A stretch of 64,000 nt of DNA from an uncultured Desulfovibrionaceae bacterium (lineage in GTDB: Bacteria; Desulfobacterota; Desulfovibrionia; Desulfovibrionales; Desulfovibrionaceae): positions 24,011-88,010 of the forward strand of contig CALUZB010000005.1 of the NCBI GenBank assembly GCA_944325195.1, read 5' to 3'. The position numbers were made by a program, and so were the translations under genes. Position 1 is the first letter of the stretch. Each line of letters begins with the position of its first letter. Shown one piece after another: positions 11,166 to 20,602 of this stretch. The notes beneath the pieces were generated by a model. The model was not told the origin of the DNA and ran no database searches. It saw only the letters and a list, made by a program, of their open reading frames with translations.

Positions 11166-11422
11166 CCCTACCACTCACCGAATTCATAAATAAATTTGAC
11201 TTACCACCGGCAATTATCTTATTATTGCTGAGTATTCCCATACTGCCCAACCTCTGGTGCATATGGCACGCTTACCGGCGCAATTTCCCCAGCCAGGTGG
11301 AAAAAATAGCCTGGGTGATGGTGGGGATCTTTTTCCCGGTCATCGGCGGTTTGGTGTACATTTTCGTAGGAAGGAAACGCAGCAGCCCCTATCCTGTTCC
11401 GGAAGACGCCGGAAACGCCTAG
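11162..11422 (+). CDS. Small membrane protein with PLD-nuclease N-terminal (PLDc_N) type domain
   Basis: The start overlaps the lspA stop (ATGA). Two TM segments are present. Sequence: NLWCIWHAYRR...VGIFFPVIGGLVYIFVGRKR. Confidence 0.65.
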   Translation: MTLPLTEFINKFDLPPAIILLLLSIPILPNLWCIWHAYRRNFPSQVEKIAWVMVGIFFPVIGGLVYIFVGRKRSSPYPVPEDAGNA

Positions 11423-11722
11423 CGGCTTAACCTCTAAAATAAGGCAAATTTGTATGGCTCAGCCCGCGGTCGGCTCTGTCTGCCGATTGAGCAAGCCAAC
11501 CGGCTCCTGTCCCGCATTTTTCCGGGCGCGCTTCCGCCGCCTGCTTCAGCCCATATCGGCAATGACCGGAAAGGGAAAAGACGATGCAGCAAATGTCGCG
11601 GGCTTATTGTTGCCTCGCCTTGTGGACGGAAATTGCGGAAACAGACGTTTCATCGGCTTAAATCCTGTCAACCCATTCTTCCCCTGTTTAGGGCGGTTTC
11701 AGACCATTAGAGGAAAAATTCG

Positions 11723-12805
11723 ATGAAGAAATTGCAGTTAAAACGCATTGGCGGCCTGGCGGCCCTGGTTTGCGCAATTGCGGGCCTGAGCGCCTGCGCG
11801 ACCGGGGGCGGACGTTCCGGCTCTGATGTTAATTCTCGCATCAGTCAGTTGGAAAGCCGGGTGAACACCATCAGCACTCAGATTGACGGCACCCAGTCGG
11901 CGGAAGTGTGGAGCCGGATGCAGAGTATGGAAGGCGACCTGAACATTGTGCGCAATCAGATGAACGACCTGAGCCAGCGCATGAGCGGCCCCAAAGGTAA
12001 TGAAGTGCTTTCGGCAAACCAGCGCCTCGACCGTATGGAAGCCGCCTTGAAGGAAATCTCCACCCGTCTGGGCATCACGGTGGAAGCCATGGAAGAGCCC
12101 TATACCCCCGCGCCCGCGCCAGGCCCCGAGCAGATGTATAACAACGCCGGGGCAACCGCCGGAACAGCCGCTCCCGCCCTGGCCCCCGCGGGAGAAGCCG
12201 GTTCAACCCCAACCACCCCCACCGGCATTCAACAGCCGGGCGCCACTCAGGTGATCAATTCCGACGGCACAGTTACCGTGCTGATTAACGGCGAGCCCCA
12301 GCGCGTGCCCATTGCCCCGGGCGCCGTGCCGGGTCAGGCTAATCCGCCGGCTGCCACTCCTCAGTCCGGGGCGGATGCCGGAGCAGGCGCGGGCGGCGTG
12401 ATGACCGCCCCGACCGGCGGCGGCTCTGCCGATGTGGCCCAGAACCTGTATAATCAGGGCCTGGAGCTGTTCAACAAATATCAGTATAACGATGCCCTCA
12501 CCTGCTTTAAGGATTTCACCGATAACTATCCCGAACATCGACTTACCTCCAACGCCTGGTTCTGGCAGGGCGAATGCAGCTATCAGCTCAAAGACTACCC
12601 GGCCGCGGTGGTGGCCTACCAGCGGGTGATTACCGATTACCCCGATAACAATAAGTACGTCTCTTCCCTGCTTAAGCAAGGCATGGCTCTGGCGGCCAAC
12701 GGAAACCGCGAGCAGGCTAAAGTGCGTTGGCGGGAAATAACCACTCGTTTCCCGGACAGTCCGGAAGCTACCCGGGCCAAGCAATTGCTGGCCGGGAAGG
12801 CTTAA
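11723..12805 (+). CDS. TPR lipoprotein, YbgF/CpoB-like (coiled coil, P/A/G-rich linker, C-terminal TPRs)
   Basis: It has a lipobox (LSACA), an N-terminal coiled coil and C-terminal TPR repeats (YNQGLELFNKYQYNDALTCFKDF...WFWQGECSY). Confidence 0.7.
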   Translation: MKKLQLKRIGGLAALVCAIAGLSACATGGGRSGSDVNSRISQLESRVNTISTQIDGTQSAEVWSRMQSMEGDLNIVRNQMNDLSQRMSGPKGNEVLSANQRLDRMEAALKEISTRLGITVEAMEEPYTPAPAPGPEQMYNNAGATAGTAAPALAPAGEAGSTPTTPTGIQQPGATQVINSDGTVTVLINGEPQRVPIAPGAVPGQANPPAATPQSGADAGAGAGGVMTAPTGGGSADVAQNLYNQGLELFNKYQYNDALTCFKDFTDNYPEHRLTSNAWFWQGECSYQLKDYPAAVVAYQRVITDYPDNNKYVSSLLKQGMALAANGNREQAKVRWREITTRFPDSPEATRAKQLLAGKA

Positions 12806-13066
12806 ACCCGGCTCAAGTGCAAAGTGCGCTGTGTGAGATGAACCGGGATTTAACGGCAATGACTGACCCGGCCGACTCCGAGGAATTCACTGCCCCCGGA
12901 GCAACTTGACTCTGTAACCTGCTTTCCCATTGGGGCGGAATGGGACGGCTGCTTTTTGCAAGGAGATCAACGAATATTCAGATACCGGTAACGGTGCTGT
13001 ACCCGTTGAAAAGTTGATTTACTTCGGTTGTGATTTCGCTGTACCCGTTCTCTTGGAGTACCGGAT

Positions 13067-13612
13067 ATGAGAAAATTTTCCCGTGTCGTTCTGCTTGCGC
13101 TTGCAGTGTTGCTTATTTTCCCTCCGTATTTTTCTCTTGCCGAAGAAGATCAGGAAAAGGCAGCGGCTTTCAGCAAGCGTTATTTGACCGTAACCCCGCC
13201 CCGTGACTGGAAAATTGAACAAGGCTCAGTGGGAGGATTGGTTGACGATAATTGCATCTCCTATGTGCAGGAAGACAGCAGATTGGGAGTATTCGCCTGT
13301 CCCGGATTTGGGCGGGAACATAACTTTGCTGAGACAAGAGCCGACTTCATGCAGGATGAACAATTTACCCGTCACGCCCACTGCCTCATCGGAAAAGATG
13401 AAGAGCTGGCCATACTTTTGGTTCCCCTGAAAGACGACAGAGAAGATAAGCAAGGTGCAATTTTTATTGTCATGAACGAAGAGTCTATGGAAGAGTCTGT
13501 GATGGAAGGCGGCAGTGCTGAGGAGGGGGATATTTTACAAAAGGCCGGCCCCTTGCTGCGCCTTTTCACGCATTTTGACTGGCCCAGAGGTCTTCTTGAA
13601 GGCAAAATGTAA
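13067..13612 (+). CDS. Hypothetical secreted protein
   Basis: 181 aa with a signal peptide (MRKFSRVVLLALAVLLIFPPYFSLA). I recognise no domain. Confidence 0.55.
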   Translation: MRKFSRVVLLALAVLLIFPPYFSLAEEDQEKAAAFSKRYLTVTPPRDWKIEQGSVGGLVDDNCISYVQEDSRLGVFACPGFGREHNFAETRADFMQDEQFTRHAHCLIGKDEELAILLVPLKDDREDKQGAIFIVMNEESMEESVMEGGSAEEGDILQKAGPLLRLFTHFDWPRGLLEGKM

Positions 13613-13756
13613 CGTGCCCCACGGGCGGACGCAGCTATGCTGCAGCAGTCTTCACCTGAACTTGCAGTTAAGCGCAGAAAGCGGTGGGAAAGCGGTTTTC
13701 AGAGTGCCTGTCAGCCCCTTTTCCCCGGAAAAGCCAGCAGCTTATAAGGAAACTCA

Positions 13757-14284
13757 ATGAACGGGACAGATGAAAACAAGTATATACAGGTTGATGTTTA
13801 TTTGCAGGGACTGATGCGCAGGCTGAGCAACCCTGATGAACTGCCTAAATTCAACGGTTATCTGGAGGAGAACCGAAATTTGGCGGAACTGATCACAGAA
13901 AGCAAGCTTCCGGAAGAGCTGGTGATGTTTATGGAAGATATGAATTCCAAGCTCGAGCATATCATCGCCCTGCTCGAACACAACCGCATGGAAGCAAACT
14001 TCCCCATAGACATTGAAGTGTTCAGCCTCAGCGCTGCCGGGGCCGGTTTCCGGACCAAAAGCAGACTGGAACCGGGTCAGATGGTTGAAGTGGTTCTGCC
14101 CCTAAGCCAACTGCCTCTGGTTACAGCCGGCGGCATCGGGAAAGTGGAGCGGGCAGAACACCCGGAATACGGATCGGTCTGGAAGCTTTCCTTTACCCGC
14201 ATTCGCGAACAGGATATGGAAAACATCGTCCAGTTTGTCTTCCGGCAAGAGCGCAAACGCATTCGGGAAATTCGCTGGGAATAA
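13757..14284 (+). CDS. PilZ-like domain protein (putative c-di-GMP receptor)
   Basis: 175 aa with a good SD (AAGGAA). The C-terminal beta-rich half contains a DIEVFSLSAAGAGF motif (D/NxSxxG-like). No canonical N-terminal RxxxR is evident. Confidence 0.5.
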   Translation: MNGTDENKYIQVDVYLQGLMRRLSNPDELPKFNGYLEENRNLAELITESKLPEELVMFMEDMNSKLEHIIALLEHNRMEANFPIDIEVFSLSAAGAGFRTKSRLEPGQMVEVVLPLSQLPLVTAGGIGKVERAEHPEYGSVWKLSFTRIREQDMENIVQFVFRQERKRIREIRWE

Positions 14285-14447
14285 CCCCGGGCTTTTCCCG
14301 AAAGCTGTTTGACCGACTTAAGACGAATTGGCCGGAGGCCGACAGATCGGTCGGAGCGATGTGCGGCAGACGTAACCAGAAACGCCTTTACGGTTTACCA
14401 CCTCTCCCCATACCCCCCAAAAAAACAGAAGGTGATGGGGGTGTTCA

Positions 14448-14616
14448 TCAAAAATTCATTTGCGGTTTGAAACCTCCCGATGATTTGACAAAACTTTGAG
14501 CCGGTAATATCCTTTTGTCCTAACCTCTCGCCTTTCGGGAGAGGCAATCAGCACGCCCCCTATCCGTCGGCGGCTTCAGTCAGTCGGCGGATAGGGGGCG
14601 TGTGGATTGAAACATG
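14448..14616 (-). repeat. Mosaic multi-hairpin repeat, copy A (inverted orientation; lacks one hairpin module)
   Basis: The reverse complement aligns along its whole length with the copies at 20926, 54419 and 57605. The plus strand ends in ...GTCGGCGGATAGGGGGCGTGTGGATTGAAACAT. Confidence 0.9.
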
Positions 14617-14972
14617 CTGTTGGAAAGAAGACCGGACCGCTTCGCTGCTGAAAGCCTTTTTCCGTAAGGGGTAATCCGCCCTTCCCTGTCCCTGTCCGCC
14701 GCCCGGCTTAGGCTACTGCTTACGGACAGACTGATCGGGGGTTGAGACTGCACACTCAGGCCATACAGGACGCTCAACCGGAAACGGAAAGGCGGGCCAA
14801 TCTACTTTGAAAGCGGACTTGCTCCGGGGGCTGTGTAAACTGCTCCCGTACCGAAAAAGCGGGAAACTGCTTCTCCCTGCGAAATGCAAACAGGGCAATG
14901 ATTATTATTGAAAATGTCATTCCCATCTGAAAGCGCCCTGAAAGCAGGTCTGGAGCAACAAGAGGTATTAAG

Positions 14973-16493
14973 GTGAAGATCATAAAATTTCTGGCGGCGG
15001 TTACCGGCGCCCTGGCGATTATTCTCACCAGCCTGAGCGTCTGGACAACCAGAAACTTCGGTGACGTGTCCATTGACCAGGCGGTATGGCATATCTTTCA
15101 TTCCAGGCTGACCGGAATGAACCCGGATTATGTGGTGAGGGGGATAAAATATCTGGCGTCCACCACTGCGTATATCCTTTTGTGGTTAAGTATCGTTTAT
15201 TTGAACCACTATCTTATCAGCGCGGTTAAAATCGGCTGCAAACTGCTCAAACAGACACTGCTGAGGCTTAAACAAGCAGCAAAGGCCTCTCCCCCGCCAA
15301 CCTCAAAAGCTGTCAACGTGTTGCTGCTTATCTTGGGCGTGTCGGGCTGCTGCCTGGTTGCGGCAGATGTAAACCGGAAGTTTAAGATATCCGATTATAT
15401 AAAATACTCCTATCTGACTGAAACTACAGACTTTATCCAAGCGCATTACCATGTTCCCGCCCCGGAAGACATCCGGTTTGAAAAGCAAAACAACCTGGTC
15501 ATCGTATCGGTGGAATCGCTGGAAAACAGCTTCGCCCACAAAGCTCTGGACCAATCGTATATCCCCAACCTGGCGCAATTGCGGCAGCACTCCGCCCGGC
15601 ACCCGTGTCTGCTTACTCTGACCGGCACTTCCTGGACTATCGGCGCATTCACCGGGCACTTTTTCGGTCTGCCCCTGAAAACGCCTGCCGGCATCGAGGG
15701 TAACAGCTATCGTGATGAACGAGGATTTCTGCCCGGCGCCCTGAGCATTTTCGATATTCTGAAAAGTAACGGCTATGAAACCGTGCTGGTCATCGGTACT
15801 GACAGCAGCTTTCAGTCCAAAGACCAGCTTTTTCCCCAGCACGGCGCATTCAGAATTCTGGACAGGAAATATTTCGAGAGCGCGGGCTGGAGTTTGGAAG
15901 AGCATGGCGGCACAGGCTGGGGATTCAGCGATGAATTTGTGCTTAAACGCGCCGCTGAGGAATATGCACACCTGCAGAAAGCCGGAAAACCGTTCGTGTT
16001 GTTTGTGGAAACAGTGGATACCCACTCGCCTGACGGCTATTGCCCGGCGGAATTGAAAAAATATCACGATATCCGGGACGCTATCCTGAATTCAGACCGT
16101 AATTTAGGCGAATTTTCCAAACTCTTTACCGAACAGGACGGTCTGGTTTATGTGGTGCTGGGCGACCACCTGTTCATGGGAAATCCCGATTTTCTGGCCC
16201 CTGTGGAGCAGCGCACAATCTATAACATCTTCCACGGCAATCTGCCGGAAATTCCCGCGGTCAAACAACAGGGCAAGGTGTCGGCCCTGGATATCGCCCC
16301 TACCCTGCTCTGGTGCGCCGGTGCAAGATGGGGAAATAACAGCGAGCAGTTCGGTCTGGGCATCAACCTTTTTTCCGAAACGCCCTCCCTGCTGGAACAA
16401 TACGGCGAGGCGGAGTTTAACAAACTGTTATTGCAGAAGTCGGCGCTCTACTCTCGGTTTTATGAAAGTCCGGACAGGGGAAACGCTTTTTAA
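14973..16493 (+). CDS. Sulfatase-like hydrolase/transferase (LTA synthase / phosphoglycerol transferase family) with N-terminal TM segments
   Basis: 506 aa with a GTG start. N-terminal TM helices are followed by NLVIVSVESLEN...TSWTIGAFTG...VETVDTHSP, which is alkaline-phosphatase-superfamily-like. Confidence 0.7.
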   Translation: MKIIKFLAAVTGALAIILTSLSVWTTRNFGDVSIDQAVWHIFHSRLTGMNPDYVVRGIKYLASTTAYILLWLSIVYLNHYLISAVKIGCKLLKQTLLRLKQAAKASPPPTSKAVNVLLLILGVSGCCLVAADVNRKFKISDYIKYSYLTETTDFIQAHYHVPAPEDIRFEKQNNLVIVSVESLENSFAHKALDQSYIPNLAQLRQHSARHPCLLTLTGTSWTIGAFTGHFFGLPLKTPAGIEGNSYRDERGFLPGALSIFDILKSNGYETVLVIGTDSSFQSKDQLFPQHGAFRILDRKYFESAGWSLEEHGGTGWGFSDEFVLKRAAEEYAHLQKAGKPFVLFVETVDTHSPDGYCPAELKKYHDIRDAILNSDRNLGEFSKLFTEQDGLVYVVLGDHLFMGNPDFLAPVEQRTIYNIFHGNLPEIPAVKQQGKVSALDIAPTLLWCAGARWGNNSEQFGLGINLFSETPSLLEQYGEAEFNKLLLQKSALYSRFYESPDRGNAF

Positions 16494-16543
16494 AGCCGAA
16501 CACTCTACATATACATTCCAATCCGCCGTCGCTCAAGCCGCAC

Positions 16544-16972
16544 TCATCTTCTCCGAACAAGCGAACAAGCGGATTCCGCCAATAGTTTCAATGTATTCTG
16601 GAAATCCATCTTCTCAGTATCTGAAAGCAGGCGTGTAACATGGGCGTCCCACTTCTCCACAGCGCGCATGATTTTCGGATAAAGCGCATAGGCCTTTTCT
16701 GTAGGCTGAACATGGGCCGTGCGTTTGTCGCGACTGCTGCATATCCGATAGATAAAGCCGGATTTTTCCAACTGGGACAGGCAGCGCGTTACATTGCTCT
16801 TATTAATGCCGATACGCTCCGGGAGTTTGTCCTGGGTAATACCCGGCTCCCTGCAGACAACAATAATGTAAAGATACTGGCTTGCATTGATCCCGTAAGG
16901 CTCGAGACTGTCATTCAGATACATGTAGTAATATCGACTAACCAATGTAATCCATTTGCAGGTCAATTCCAT
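16544..16972 (-). CDS. MarR-family transcriptional regulator
   Basis: 142 aa with a winged HTH (ITQDKLPERIGINKSNVTRCLSQLEKSGFIYR...DKRTAHV). It is divergent from the MFS gene. Confidence 0.88.
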   Translation of the reverse strand: MELTCKWITLVSRYYYMYLNDSLEPYGINASQYLYIIVVCREPGITQDKLPERIGINKSNVTRCLSQLEKSGFIYRICSSRDKRTAHVQPTEKAYALYPKIMRAVEKWDAHVTRLLSDTEKMDFQNTLKLLAESACSLVRRR

Positions 16973-17308
16973 TCTTACCCCTCGCTTCCGCAGCTGCTCG
17001 CACGCCCTTTTTCTCTATCTTTCAGGCTGCTTATAACGTAACTTCCTGTTTAAAGCCACTGTCTTTCTTTCATAGCAAACCAACTTTGAAATGTCCGCAG
17101 GTACAAGTCCATCGCCTTCCTCAGGTTTGCGCCTAAAGCGCAGCGCTTACCTTCGCAATGCAACAGAAAGTCGGACGTACGGCTCCGGCTGAATGTCCGC
17201 CGCAACGCACTGTGCCGCGTAACAGGAACACTCGACCGGGCAACCGGTCCAGTCCCCACAGTTGCTTACAGTGTGCATTGGGTCAGACTGAAACTCGCAG
17301 GGCCTGAC

Positions 17309-17349
17309 TTGACAAACAGAAGCAAAAACAGGATAGTTGCGTACGCAAC
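17309..17349 (+). promoter_or_regulatory. Candidate sigma70 promoter with overlapping perfect 14-bp palindrome (putative MarR operator) for the MFS gene
   Basis: TTGACA (17309-14), a 17-nt spacer, then GATAGT (17332-37). The palindrome GTTGCGTACGCAAC lies at 17336-17349, 34 nt before the MFS ATG. Confidence 0.5.
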
Positions 17350-17382
17350 GACATTGGATTTAATATTTCAGGAGGAGTACTC

Positions 17383-18654
17383 ATGCCAAAACGCTGCCCG
17401 CGCTCCACCGCTAACCCTACGGAGCCGGAAACACATATTGTGGAAACTGTTAAGCGGATCTGCAATCGCAATTTCAACATTGCAACAGTTATAAATCTGT
17501 TGGTAATGACCATTTATTATCTTATATTCGTGACCAGTACCGATTATATCCGCGCAACCTACGCCGTAAGCCTGAGCACGGCCGGGTTTACCGCCGGGAT
17601 AATGGTTATTGGCTGCCTGGTCGGGCGGTTCATCAGCGGCAATCTGCTTTCACTGATCGGCTGCAAATCCGTTTTATTCCTGGGTCTGCTTGTCCATGCC
17701 GTTTCCCTTGCTCTGTTCTTTATTGCCGGTTCCTTATTTCAGATATTCATCATCAGATTTCTAACCGGCTTGGGGGTTGGAGTTACCGGCACAGCCACAG
17801 CAACAGTTATTGCCTATGTCATTCCCAAAGGGCAACAGGGCTTCGGCATCGGTTTATTCAGCATGAGCACGGCACTGGCCTTAGCGCTGGGTCCTTTTCT
17901 GGGCATATTTCTAATACGGCATATCGACTACAACACCATAATGCAGCTCAATTTTGCCGCTGCCCTCCTCTGCGGAGCAGTTTCTCTCAGTCTGAAAAAA
18001 CTTCCCCGGGCAGCGCACAGACGGCGCCCTTTTTTCCACATCAACAGTTATACGGACCCGCGGGTGGTTCGTTTTTCCTGCGTGGTGTTGCTGGCTTTCC
18101 TGAGCTATGGCTGCATTCAGGCATTCATGACCGCTTTTGCCGCTGAACGCGGTCTTTCCGGGCCTGCAAGCCTGTTTTTCCCTGTATATGCCGTCGCCGC
18201 GCTGGCCAGTCGTCCCTTAACCGGACGACAACTTGACAGCAGAGGCGAAAACATCATTTTCTTTCCCATTTTCATCTTGATTACCCTTGGCTTGTTCCTG
18301 CTGGCCAAGGCCGCAACCGGTTGGCTGCTGCTTGCCTCCGGGCTGCTTTTCGGATTGGGATTCGGGAATCTCCAATCTGTGGGGCAGGCAGTGTCGCTTA
18401 CTCTGGTCACCCCCTCGCGGTTCGCCCAAGCCACAACCACTTTTTTTATTTTTATGGATTTAGGGATAGGTCTGGGACCGTACCTTTTCGGATTTCTCGT
18501 TCCCATAGTCGGATTTGACGGTATGTATCTGTCCCTGATCACAACCATAGTAATGGCGGCGCTCCTCTACTACCAATTACACGGGAAATACGTCTCCAAA
18601 GCGTCCCGTCACGGAAAGACATCTGTAAGCCTAAAAGGCTCCGGCGCGGCCTAA
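17383..18654 (+). CDS. MFS transporter
   Basis: 423 aa with about 12 predicted TM segments and an AGGAGG SD. Confidence 0.85.
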   Translation: MPKRCPRSTANPTEPETHIVETVKRICNRNFNIATVINLLVMTIYYLIFVTSTDYIRATYAVSLSTAGFTAGIMVIGCLVGRFISGNLLSLIGCKSVLFLGLLVHAVSLALFFIAGSLFQIFIIRFLTGLGVGVTGTATATVIAYVIPKGQQGFGIGLFSMSTALALALGPFLGIFLIRHIDYNTIMQLNFAAALLCGAVSLSLKKLPRAAHRRRPFFHINSYTDPRVVRFSCVVLLAFLSYGCIQAFMTAFAAERGLSGPASLFFPVYAVAALASRPLTGRQLDSRGENIIFFPIFILITLGLFLLAKAATGWLLLASGLLFGLGFGNLQSVGQAVSLTLVTPSRFAQATTTFFIFMDLGIGLGPYLFGFLVPIVGFDGMYLSLITTIVMAALLYYQLHGKYVSKASRHGKTSVSLKGSGAA

Positions 18655-18865
18655 ACTGTTGGTTGTACAGCGCAACAAACCCCAACGGCAGACCGAACCT
18701 CCCGGGGCAGCGGGAAGCACCGACGCGGGATATACCGGCAGCAGTGCCGCGAAAACCAGGCAAGAGCGAAAATATCAGGTTTATATCAGCTTGCCCCCGG
18801 ACGCATTAACCAGTATATCACGCCATTGAAGCAATTCCGGTCATTCCGCAAAGCCAGGAGTTTTT

Positions 18866-19513
18866 ATGGTTCAGGATATAAACGCCATTGAAGAAGCGCT
18901 GTTGAGCATATTCAACTATTTGGGGCTGTTCGTATTCGCAATCAGCGGGGCCGCCGCCGGCATCCGCAGGCAGACCGATTTGTTCGGCATTGCCGTGCTG
19001 GCTTTTTCCGCAGCGTGTTTCGGGGGGATTATCCGCGATGTGCTCATCGGTTCTCTGCCGCCGGCAAACATCATGTCATGGGAACCTCTGGCCACATCAC
19101 TGCTGGCCACTGCGGCAACCGTGTTTTTTTATTCGTATCTGGCCGAAAAATTAAACAACCCGGTACAGGTGTTCGACGCCTTCGGCCTCGGCCTGTTTAC
19201 CGTTATCGGCGTGGAAAAAGCGCTGGTGTACGGAGTGGGCCCGGTATGGGCGGTAGTATTGGGAATGATTACCGCCGTTGGCGGGGGCATGGTACGGGAT
19301 ATTCTGCTGGCGCACGTTCCCATGGTGCTGCGCGGGGAAATTTACGCCACCGCTTCCATTGCCGGGGGCAGTATTGCAGTTGCGGGATATATCTGGCCGG
19401 TGATTCCACCTCAATACACCATGATTCTGGGGGCCGCTGTGTGCATTGTGCTGCGTTGTCTGACCATTAAATATCACTGGACCATTCCCACCGTGCGGGT
19501 ACGGAAAAAATAG
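18866..19513 (+). CDS. Trimeric intracellular cation channel family protein (UPF0126, YadS/YicG-like)
   Basis: 215 aa with two UPF0126 repeats (FAISGAAAGIRRQTDLFG...GGIIRDVLIG; VGGGMVRDILL). Confidence 0.85.
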   Translation: MVQDINAIEEALLSIFNYLGLFVFAISGAAAGIRRQTDLFGIAVLAFSAACFGGIIRDVLIGSLPPANIMSWEPLATSLLATAATVFFYSYLAEKLNNPVQVFDAFGLGLFTVIGVEKALVYGVGPVWAVVLGMITAVGGGMVRDILLAHVPMVLRGEIYATASIAGGSIAVAGYIWPVIPPQYTMILGAAVCIVLRCLTIKYHWTIPTVRVRKK

Positions 19514-19935
19514 CCGCCCGGCCGCCCTGACCCGGTTTGCCGAAGCGGTTTTCCGACTTCAGGAAAAGAGCCGCCTCCAAAAATCAGAGCAGAAATGTCA
19601 GCCAGACTATGTTGATTTGCCGGGAAGCGTGTGCCGCTTCCTCCAGCCGCCCCTGTTTGCGAAAACGTCTGCCGGTCAGATAGCCGAAAACCGACACCAC
19701 ACCACTCCAAGGAACAGAAGATATCGGAAGTAGAGGGAAAATGCGAACATAAACAATAACACATAACCAATCCACAAAGGAGCGGTATTTCTGATACATC
19801 GCACTTCCACAACACTTTCCTGAAAAGTATGGGCGGCCTGGTTAACCGCATTATCCGGCCAGGAAGAAAGCGGACACGTCTCAAATCAGCACAAGAACTG
19901 CGCCGTTTCGCAACAACTTCTTTCGTAAGCCAAAG

Positions 19936-20268
19936 CTACTCAATGCTGGCTGTGCCGTCATTGTGCAGAATAATCCTGGAAGCACCGGACAGGTCGAGAT
20001 CGGTAAAAGTGATGACTGTGCCTTCCTCATCCTCGGCCATCAGATCAATGGCCTTGTTGACGTTCAGCTCCACCCTGATCCCGTCTCCGGGAGCCAGGGG
20101 AGCAGTGATCAGATTGTCGCCCTCGTCCTCGCCGGTGTGCACCAAGGCCAAGCCATACAACGGAAAGTCACAACCGTTGGCAATGATGATTTCCTGGGCA
20201 AGGGCCGCTGTAGTACTGAAAACAGTCACGGCAACGGCGGCAAAAAGAGAAACAATAGTTCTTTTCAT
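19936..20268 (-). CDS. Hypothetical small secreted protein
   Basis: The start MKRTIVSLFAAVAVTVFSTTAALA has a GGAG SD 7 nt upstream. It appears co-transcribed with the upstream HdeA-like gene. Confidence 0.6.
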   Translation of the reverse strand: MKRTIVSLFAAVAVTVFSTTAALAQEIIIANGCDFPLYGLALVHTGEDEGDNLITAPLAPGDGIRVELNVNKAIDLMAEDEEGTVITFTDLDLSGASRIILHNDGTASIE

Positions 20269-20302
20269 GTTCAATCTCCACTGACTGAATTATTGTGGAT
20301 AA

Positions 20303-20602
20303 CTAATCTGCAGGCATGGCCTTCATAGCATCCATGATCGTCTTATCGGGATTTTCAGAGCAGAATTCGCCTATGTGGGTTCCCAACTTTTCCATCCAAC
20401 TATCGCTGATCTTGGTGTTGCCGCTGGCAGCACTCATATAACCGTCAATCCAGATGAACAGATAAGAGAGGTCTTCTTCACTTTCGCTTTCCAAAACCTC
20501 CCGGCAGGAAAACTTTGCTACATCAACCTCGTCGGATGCGGAAGCCGCAGCCGGAATGCTGAACATGGCAGCGGCCAGCATTGTCAGTATGAGTTTTTTC
20601 AT
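20303..20602 (-). CDS. HdeA/HdeB-family-like periplasmic chaperone (acid/envelope stress)
   Basis: 99 aa with a signal peptide. Sequence: KFSCREVLES...FIWIDGYMSA, and an acidic composition. It has an AGGAG SD. Confidence 0.55.
   Translation of the reverse strand: MKKLILTMLAAAMFSIPAAASASDEVDVAKFSCREVLESESEEDLSYLFIWIDGYMSAASGNTKISDSWMEKLGTHIGEFCSENPDKTIMDAMKAMPAD

Noticed and set aside
19584-19799. 71-aa minus-strand ORF (and 19474-19884) in the convergent gap after the TRIC-like gene
   Set aside because: It has hydrophobic stretches and a weak SD, but no recognisable family and an odd composition. The evidence is insufficient to annotate it.
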